A DNA stretch of 64,000 nucleotides. It comes from an uncultured archaeon. GTDB lineage: Archaea; Iainarchaeota; Iainarchaeia; Iainarchaeales; DTGL01. Made by a program: the position numbers and the translations under genes. Numbering within the stretch: the first letter of the stretch is position 1; every line of letters starts with the position of its first letter. A model generated the notes under the pieces. It was not told the origin of the DNA. It worked only from the letters and a program-made list of their open reading frames with translations, and did not search any database. Positions 57,550 through 64,000 of this stretch are shown one piece after another. The stretch lies in the NCBI GenBank assembly GCA_964551725.1, contig CAZKED010000001.1, positions 1 to 64,000 on the forward strand, written 5' to 3'.

Positions 57550-59193
57550 ATGAATAAACTCAGGGCTTCGGCCCTTTTATTTTTTATTTTAATTCTTGGA
57601 ATAATGTTCATCAACGCAGCGGAAATAACAGGCACTATTGGCCCTGACGAAAACACGCAGAGCGGCTTTACCGGAGATAGCGGACCGGAAGGGGAAAATT
57701 TACTTACAAACGGCACTGCCTGCGATACAAACTCGCAGTGCAATTCCGGGCACTGTGCTTCGGACTACGATGGAGTGGGAAAATGGTGTGCTGCAGTGAA
57801 TTACTGCGTGCACAACGGCACAATCACTTATTCCAACGGGAGTACGCTTTGCTCTAATGCAAGCACGCAGCAGACATGCACTAACGGAACGTGGATTGCG
57901 ACAATCTGCACCGGAAGCTGCACAGGAGGAAAATGCGTTGCGGCCACCCCCACACCGACTCCTTCTGCGCCTCCAAGCGGGGGACAGCAACAGGGACCCG
58001 GTGGAGGAGCAGCGCCGGGGGCATCGCCGAGCCCCAGCCCGAGCGCAACCGCCACTCCGTCGCCCACTCCAACGCCGGAAGAGGAAACCGTGCTCGAGAC
58101 CTCGAAAACGGGAACCGTGACCGCGGGGGACGTTGACAAGGTCTTGGATGAAGCCGGGGTAACCGATCCCGAGGAGAAGAAAAAGGCGCAGGTTGCAACA
58201 GGGCTGGAATACAAAAAAGAAATGAAGGTTGTGAAGAAAACAGACCCTGAAACAGGCGAGGTAACCTACGAATCGCAGTTCACCATTACGGTCAGGAACC
58301 CGACGGACAAAAAACTCACCAACTTCTGCGTAATTCAGAGAATTCCCCCCGAAACAGGGGCAACAGCCGAAACATTCAGTTCCCCTTACGAGTATTCAAT
58401 ACTCTCCGAGGAACCACTGATAGTGCAGTGGTGCATAGGAGAACTCGGACCGCATGAATCCGTGAAAATAAAGTTCACAATAATGGAGCAGTTGACAGAG
58501 GAGGAATTCGACCTGTTTTCCGCCATAGGAACAGGCATAGAGGAAGAAGTGATAGTTGTAGGCAAGGGAAACGTGAAAGTCACGCTTTATGACTCGGAAA
58601 CCGGCGCAGTCCTCGCGGTGCCGGTGAACGTAAAAATTTTCAGTGAAGACGGAGAGCTTGCGGCGGAAAAAATCGCCGCTCAGGGAAGCGTTGAATTCTT
58701 AGCCCTCAGCCCAGGAAATTATTGGATTGAAACAGAGAAAACAGAAGAATACGAGGCGGGAGAATCAAGCACTTTTAAAGTGAAAGCGGACGAAACCGCG
58801 GAAGTGTCAATAAGCCTAGAGCCAGTGGAAGAGGTAATAATCCCGCCCGAGGCGGACTTGAGCGGCTTGATGTGGCTTATCATTATAGTGGCGGTGCTCG
58901 GTTTGCTGTACTATTTCAGGAAGCCGATTCTCGGAATGTTCGCGGCAAAGCCGGCTGCAAGGAAGGCGAAGACGCCGCTCGAAGAAGCCGCTGAGGAAGC
59001 GGAAAAGGCGGCTCCGGCAGCGCCTGCAGTAGAAGCCGAAAAACCAGCCAAACCGCCCAAAAAGAAGAAGAAAAAGAAAAGGAAGAAGCGAAAGAAGCGC
59101 AAGAAGAAAAAGAAGAAAAAGCCGAAGAAAGAGGAAAAGCCGGCCGAGCCCGCTCCCGTCATAGGCGGCGAGGGCACGGAATTCGGGGAATGA
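57550..59193 (+). CDS. Single-pass surface protein with Cys-rich head, P/S/T linker, Ig-like domains and poly-Lys/Arg cytoplasmic tail
   Basis: Signal peptide; C..NSQC.SGHC; PTPTPS linker; TM; 21 consecutive K/R. Confidence 0.85.
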   Translation: MNKLRASALLFFILILGIMFINAAEITGTIGPDENTQSGFTGDSGPEGENLLTNGTACDTNSQCNSGHCASDYDGVGKWCAAVNYCVHNGTITYSNGSTLCSNASTQQTCTNGTWIATICTGSCTGGKCVAATPTPTPSAPPSGGQQQGPGGGAAPGASPSPSPSATATPSPTPTPEEETVLETSKTGTVTAGDVDKVLDEAGVTDPEEKKKAQVATGLEYKKEMKVVKKTDPETGEVTYESQFTITVRNPTDKKLTNFCVIQRIPPETGATAETFSSPYEYSILSEEPLIVQWCIGELGPHESVKIKFTIMEQLTEEEFDLFSAIGTGIEEEVIVVGKGNVKVTLYDSETGAVLAVPVNVKIFSEDGELAAEKIAAQGSVEFLALSPGNYWIETEKTEEYEAGESSTFKVKADETAEVSISLEPVEEVIIPPEADLSGLMWLIIIVAVLGLLYYFRKPILGMFAAKPAARKAKTPLEEAAEEAEKAAPAAPAVEAEKPAKPPKKKKKKKRKKRKKRKKKKKKKPKKEEKPAEPAPVIGGEGTEFGE

Positions 59194-59312
59194 GCAAATT
59201 CCCTGCTTCTTTTTTTATTTTCTGTTTTTTTAAGTAGTTGGCGCTTTGCTGAACTGGCATTAGCGTTAAAAGAATTTTCTTTCCCTATTTTTCCGCTGAG
59301 AGAGTTGATTGA

Positions 59313-61106
59313 ATGCGGTTAAAGATTGAGAGGGAAAAGTGCGATTTATGCGAGTCAGCGCAGTGCATGAATTCGTGCCCGCTTTTTTTGGAAAAGAATG
59401 CGCTGAACTGCATCCACTGTAACCCGGAAGAAGCGGAGTGCAGGAATGCCTGCAGACGGAATGCCTTTTTTGAAATTGCCGAGGGCATTCTTTCAATCGA
59501 CGAGGAAAAGTGCGATGGATGCGGGGAATGCGTTAAAGCCTGCCCCTACAATGCAATTGTGCTGGTGAACGGAAAGGCGAGGAAGTGCAATCTCTGCGCC
59601 GAAAACGATTTCCTTGTTTCCTGCGCGGAGGGATGCGCGCGCGGGGCAATTTCAATCCGCTGGGAGAGGAAGGAAACCAGGGCAGCGGAAAAGGCATTCG
59701 GGTGGAGGGTTTTTCCGGTCAAGGAAAGGAACATGCGGGTTCTGAGGCATGGAAACAATGCGAGGATTGTCAAGTGCAACGGGAAAAAATGGTACTTGCT
59801 GGATTCAATGCCCGCGCTGACAAAGCAGGAAGCCGTGCTCCTCAGGAAAATACTGCGGGAATTCCAGGAAGGCAAATGGGAAAAGGGAAATCTGGAAGAG
59901 GCGGTGGAAAGGCATTGTTCCACGAATTCGATTGAACTGGGCGAGGAGCAGAAGGACTATTTTCTCGGTGTTCTGGGTTCTTCGGTGTACGGCTTCGGGC
60001 CTGTTTCCGTGCTCTTGGAGGACGAGGAACTCGAGGAGATTGCTCTCGCTGGATTGGGAAAATCGAATCCGTTGAGGGCATTCCACCGCGATTTCGGGTG
60101 GCTTGACTGCAATGCATACTTTTCAAGCGGCAAAGCCGTGAGGAACCTGGTAAATAAAATGATTGGAAAGATGGAGAGACGGCTTTCCACTGCAAACCCG
60201 AGGGTGAACGGAATGCTCTCCGACGGAAGCAGGCTGAATGCAACACTGCCGCCTGTTTCGGTGGGAATGCCTTCTTTTACTATAAGAAAGTTCCACACTC
60301 AAAAAATGACTCCACTGGAGCTTGTGGGCAACAAAACATTCAGCGCGGAATTAATGGCTTTCCTTTGGCTTTCAATGCTCAGCGAGTGCTCCGTTCTCAT
60401 AGCGGGAAACACGGGAAGCGGCAAAACAACCACGCTCAATGCCCTGTTTTCTTTTGTTCCAAGGGATGAAAGGATTGTCGTGGTGGAGGAAACCCCTGAA
60501 ATGCATTTCCCGCACGCGCACTGCGTGAGGCTTAACACTCTCGAAAGCAGGAACATTAAAATGCAGGACCTCATCGCGGATTCGCTGAGAATGCGCCCGG
60601 ACAGGATAGTAATAGGCGAGGTAAGGGAAAGGGGGGAAATAAAGGCGTTCGTTGACACGCTGCTGGCAGGGCAGGGAAAGGGCAGCTATGCGACAATGCA
60701 CGCCCTGAGCGCAAGGGAAGCAGTTACAAGAATGAAGGCTTTCGGGGCAAGGGACGATGATTTGAAGGGAGTGGACCTTTTCATCGTGCAGAAAAGGTGG
60801 ACTGAAACAGACCTGGAAAGGAACGAGCGGAGGGAAAAGAGGAGAATCACCGAAGTGGCTGAACTCGGGGAAAAAGGCAGGGCAAAGCGCCTTTTTTCAC
60901 TTGACTTCCGAAGGGACAGAATAAAGAGGCATTCTTTTGGAAAAAAGCCCGTGGAAAAAATGAAAATCGCCTTCGGGCTTTCAAAGGGGGAAATAGAGGG
61001 GAAAATAAAGAAAAGGACGCTTGCACTGGAGGAATGGAAATCCGAGAGACTTTGCCTTAAAGAGTTCTTTGAGAGGGCGTGTGCTTTCAGGGAGGATGGA
61101 AAATGA
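59313..61106 (+). CDS. Type IV pilus/Tad (CpaF/VirB11-like) ATPase with N-terminal 4x[4Fe-4S] ferredoxin domain
   Basis: Sixteen Cys in four cluster motifs (aa about 10-110); DGSRLNA, FTIRKF, Walker A GNTGSGKTT, VEETPE, SLRMRPDRIVIGEVR, ATMHA. Confidence 0.92.
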   Translation: MRLKIEREKCDLCESAQCMNSCPLFLEKNALNCIHCNPEEAECRNACRRNAFFEIAEGILSIDEEKCDGCGECVKACPYNAIVLVNGKARKCNLCAENDFLVSCAEGCARGAISIRWERKETRAAEKAFGWRVFPVKERNMRVLRHGNNARIVKCNGKKWYLLDSMPALTKQEAVLLRKILREFQEGKWEKGNLEEAVERHCSTNSIELGEEQKDYFLGVLGSSVYGFGPVSVLLEDEELEEIALAGLGKSNPLRAFHRDFGWLDCNAYFSSGKAVRNLVNKMIGKMERRLSTANPRVNGMLSDGSRLNATLPPVSVGMPSFTIRKFHTQKMTPLELVGNKTFSAELMAFLWLSMLSECSVLIAGNTGSGKTTTLNALFSFVPRDERIVVVEETPEMHFPHAHCVRLNTLESRNIKMQDLIADSLRMRPDRIVIGEVRERGEIKAFVDTLLAGQGKGSYATMHALSAREAVTRMKAFGARDDDLKGVDLFIVQKRWTETDLERNERREKRRITEVAELGEKGRAKRLFSLDFRRDRIKRHSFGKKPVEKMKIAFGLSKGEIEGKIKKRTLALEEWKSERLCLKEFFERACAFREDGK

Positions 61107-61873
61107 TTCATTTTCCTTTTTCCGCGGGGAAATTTTTCGGGGGGAAAATGGGACTGCTTCGCGCTGTTCTTGCCTCGCTTTTCCTCTGGTTTCTTTTCTC
61201 CCTTGTTTTTCCCGGAATTGTAGAAGGAATCCTGTTTTTTCTTTTCTCCCTTTCCGGAATCTGCCTGTTCTCATTTTACGCTGCGGGGAGAGCGCGCAGG
61301 AGGCATGCCGAGAGAGTGAATGGAAGCATTCCCTTCTTTCTCCTGGGGCTCAGGGTAAAGCTTTTGCTTGGGAAAAGCATGGAGGAATGCCTCAGGGAAC
61401 TGGGTGTTAAAGGAAAGGGCGCTTTTTATTCGGAGCTCGGGAAAACCGTGAGGGAATTCGAATGCCTGGGCGCGAGCGTTGAGGATGCTTTGCTGCATCT
61501 CGCGGAGAGGGTTGATTCCATTCCACTGAAGCGCGCTGTTTCCTGCATAGTGCAGCTGAGCGAGCAGGGCTTCTCTGCCGGGGAACTTAACTCGCTGGGC
61601 ATACTTGCAAGGGAACTGCTCGCCGAGGAAAAGGCGAAAATAAGGGAATTCTCTGGGAAAATCGTTGTTTTTTCCCTTATGTTTGTGGCTGTTTCCGCTG
61701 TTTTTCCGGCACTGTTTCTCGCGTTTGTTGCCGTGGGCTCTCTTTTTCTCGAAATAGGGTTGAGCCCGCTGCAGGCGGTCGTTGTTCCTGTCGTGCTCTT
61801 TCCGCTCATTGACCTGGGGGCAATGCTTTTCATTCGGGAAAAAATTCCTCTCATCGAAGCGGGCGGGGCGTGA
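61103..61873 (+). CDS. T2SS-F/TadB-like pilus platform membrane protein
   Basis: TM pair; P.FL......G.S.E.CL; GASVEDAL..LAER..S..L.RA; two C-terminal TMs; ATGA overlap with the ATPase stop. Confidence 0.82.
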   Translation: MIHFPFSAGKFFGGKMGLLRAVLASLFLWFLFSLVFPGIVEGILFFLFSLSGICLFSFYAAGRARRRHAERVNGSIPFFLLGLRVKLLLGKSMEECLRELGVKGKGAFYSELGKTVREFECLGASVEDALLHLAERVDSIPLKRAVSCIVQLSEQGFSAGELNSLGILARELLAEEKAKIREFSGKIVVFSLMFVAVSAVFPALFLAFVAVGSLFLEIGLSPLQAVVVPVVLFPLIDLGAMLFIREKIPLIEAGGA

Positions 61874-61878
61874 ATTAA

Positions 61879-62820
61879 ATGAATGCACAGGTTTTTGGAA
61901 TGGCGTCCGGAATGCTGCGGGCTTTTCTTTCAGGAAAAAAATACCTGGGACTGGAAAAGGAATTCAGGGAAGAGAGAGGCGAATCACTTCAGAAATTTCT
62001 TTCGCGGTGGTTTGCGCGGGGCGTTGTTTCCGCGCTTGTTTCTTGCGCTGCATTTCTTTTTTTTGAAATGCCTTTTTTATTTTTTGCGCTTGCCGCTGTC
62101 CTGCCTGTTGCCCTGCCTTTAGGCGCGCTTTCCCTGCAATTGTTTCTCTTTGAAAGGGAAAGGGGAAAAAAGGAGGAAGCCGTGCCCGCACTGCTTCTCC
62201 AGGCTTCCATTTTTCCACCGAAAACGCCTGTATCGAAAATGATGGAATGTTTTGCGCTTGGGGAAAAAAATGCCTTTGGAAAGGAGTTCAAGAAAGCGGT
62301 AAGGGAAGTAAAGCGCGGGGCAAGCGCTGCGGAAGCGCTGGAAGGAATGAAAGCCAGGAACAGGGGAAGGTTTTTCCGCGAGGCAGTTGAAATGCTTTTG
62401 CTCGCGGAGGAAACGGGAATTGAAATGAATTCTGTGCTGAGGGAGAAAGCGGAGGAAATAATCGAAGTGCAGGCCATTCTGAGAGAGCGTCTCTCGCTTC
62501 TTTCAATACAAAAAGCGACGCTTTTGCTCGGCGGGGGAGTAATAGTGCCTTTTATTCTAGGTCTCCTGAGCGGGATGGTGCGCTCCTTTGACTTGGGGGA
62601 GTTTTCGCAAATGCTTTCAGGCAGCGTTGCGTGCAGGCAGGAAATGCTTAATGCAGCGGTTTTTGCAAACCAGGTGTTTGTTGTGGAATACGCGCTCGTT
62701 TCCTCCCTCTTCCTTTCCTTTCTGGAGGGAAAGCCCAGGAAAATTTTTCCTTACGCTTTGGTTCTTGTTCCTTTGGGTTTTGTTGTTTTTTCCCTTGCAG
62801 CGCGGGCTCCCGTAATCTGA
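61879..62820 (+). CDS. T2SS-F/TadC-like pilus platform membrane protein
   Basis: P.LLLQAS, EF.KA..EV..GAS..EAL, TG..M..VL...A; several TMs. Confidence 0.82.
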   Translation: MNAQVFGMASGMLRAFLSGKKYLGLEKEFREERGESLQKFLSRWFARGVVSALVSCAAFLFFEMPFLFFALAAVLPVALPLGALSLQLFLFERERGKKEEAVPALLLQASIFPPKTPVSKMMECFALGEKNAFGKEFKKAVREVKRGASAAEALEGMKARNRGRFFREAVEMLLLAEETGIEMNSVLREKAEEIIEVQAILRERLSLLSIQKATLLLGGGVIVPFILGLLSGMVRSFDLGEFSQMLSGSVACRQEMLNAAVFANQVFVVEYALVSSLFLSFLEGKPRKIFPYALVLVPLGFVVFSLAARAPVI

Positions 62821-62922
62821 TTCTTGCAGGGAACAGCCGTGCCGGCGGCAGTCGGAAAACTATTTTAAATCCTTTGATGTTATATGTGTGCAATTGAATT
62901 GTTTGCGCGGAGAGGTGTTTTT

Positions 62923-63678
62923 TTGGAAGGAAAAGTGGAATTTGTGGAGCACGGAAAGGTTGACTTGAAGGGTTATACTTTAATAGAGGGCTTTCCCGGG
63001 CTGGGCTTGGTCGGAACGATTGGAGTGAAATACATTGTGGAGAGGCTCAAGTTCAGGTCTGTCGGGCACATTGAGAGCGATTTCTTTGTTCCCATTATAA
63101 GGGTGCACGAAGGCCTGCCTGTGTATCCCTCGCGCATTTACGTTAACAAGCAGAAGAAGCTCGCGGCGCTTGTGTCCGAGCAGATAATTCCGAGGAATAT
63201 GACGGCGACCATTGCCAGAAATGTGGTGGAGTGGGCTGCAAAAAAGGGAATAAAAAAGGTAATTTCAATAGAGGGAATTCGGACAAAGGGCGCAAAGAAC
63301 GGGGCGGAAATGAAGATTTACGGGATTGCCTGCAACGAGAAATCCAAGGCGGACCTCAAAAAATTCAAGGTTCCGATTGTAGGGGAGGGAATCACCACAG
63401 GCGTTACTTCAATGATTTTGCTTGAAATGTCGAAGCAGGACAAAATCGAAGCGTACTCTCTGCTGGGGAACGTGAAAATCGCGGCAGACTACAAGGCTGC
63501 CGCGGAATGCCTCAAAAAACTGGACGAAATTTTGGGGAACCAGTTCAAAATAAACGTGCAGCCGCTGCTCAAGGAAGCAAAGGAAACAGAAAAAGCGCTC
63601 CTCTCGCACCTGGGAAAATTAAAGCAGACCGAAGCCACGGTTAAAAAGTTCGAGAAAGGCGTGCCCATGTACACCTGA
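62923..63678 (+). CDS. PAC2-family proteasome assembly chaperone (PbaA/PbaB-like)
   Basis: LIEGFPGLGLVGTI, P.RIY, C-terminal HbYX motif MYT; TTG start after AGAGGTG. Confidence 0.88.
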   Translation: MEGKVEFVEHGKVDLKGYTLIEGFPGLGLVGTIGVKYIVERLKFRSVGHIESDFFVPIIRVHEGLPVYPSRIYVNKQKKLAALVSEQIIPRNMTATIARNVVEWAAKKGIKKVISIEGIRTKGAKNGAEMKIYGIACNEKSKADLKKFKVPIVGEGITTGVTSMILLEMSKQDKIEAYSLLGNVKIAADYKAAAECLKKLDEILGNQFKINVQPLLKEAKETEKALLSHLGKLKQTEATVKKFEKGVPMYT

Positions 63679-63694
63679 ATTGCCATTCGCTCAA

Positions 63695-64000
63695 TCAGAT
63701 TTCGAGGGAAAGCATTCTTGCCGCGCTTTCCACTGCGTGCTCGCTGTACTGCTGCAGTCTTTCCCTTGCCTGTTCTTCGGAAACCCGCGGTCCAATCATT
63801 CCGCTGAGCACGGGCTTGTTGTATTGTAAAGCGAGGTCGGACATTTTTCTCGCGGCGTTCTCCGCCACTATTTTGTCGTGCCCTGTGCCGCCCTGCAGTA
63901 CGACGGCAAGGCATATTACTGCTGCAATTTCCTTTTTTTCAAGCATTTTTTTAACCGCGAGGGGCATGTCGAATGCTCCCGGCACGCGGACAACGGGAGC
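63695..64000 (-). CDS. ribH: 6,7-dimethyl-8-ribityllumazine synthase (N-terminus outside window)
   Basis: VPGAFDMPLAVKKML, VICLAVVLQGGTGHD.IV, LALQYNKPV..G..GP; archaeal-type. Confidence 0.88.
   Translation of the reverse strand, partial: APVVRVPGAFDMPLAVKKMLEKKEIAAVICLAVVLQGGTGHDKIVAENAARKMSDLALQYNKPVLSGMIGPRVSEEQARERLQQYSEHAVESAARMLSLEI

Noticed and set aside
361-63914. Many antisense or alternate-frame ORFs in the track (for example 5945-7003, 8481-9197, 29402-30235)
   Set aside because: They shadow well-supported genes and have no motifs or start signals of their own.

Overview
Gene-dense archaeal chromosome segment. Archaeal signs: a tRNA-Pro with a bulge-helix-bulge intron, BRE/TATA promoters, DUF211, a PAC2 chaperone with a HbYX tail and archaeal-type RibH. 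The mix of bacterial-type MetK, a non-oxidative pentose-phosphate cluster and giant secreted proteins suggests a DPANN archaeon, probably Diapherotrites/Iainarchaeota (inference). Housekeeping genes include tnaA, pyrG, metK, trxB, tal, split tkt, rpe and ribH. Defence-type inserts are a COG1373 AAA ATPase and an AbiE type IV toxin-antitoxin pair, each with a palindromic operator. More than half of the window encodes secreted or surface proteins. The most striking item is a tightly coupled five-gene operon (31029->20487) ending in a 1903-aa secreted protein with a lytic transglycosylase domain, a Gly/Ala-rich hydrophobic segment and a low-GC ADP-ribosyltransferase-like domain: a candidate anti-bacterial or host-invasion toxin system. 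Other highlights: a Tad/CpaF pilus ATPase fused to a 4x[4Fe-4S] ferredoxin, strong D-x-N enrichment in a 3140-aa surface protein, a 3338-aa fibre-like adhesin, a SelO-like basic orphan protein, a duplicated gene 3' end flanking the TA module, and a 57-aa zinc-ribbon gene missing from the ORF track. All calls come from reading motifs by eye; no database searches were run.
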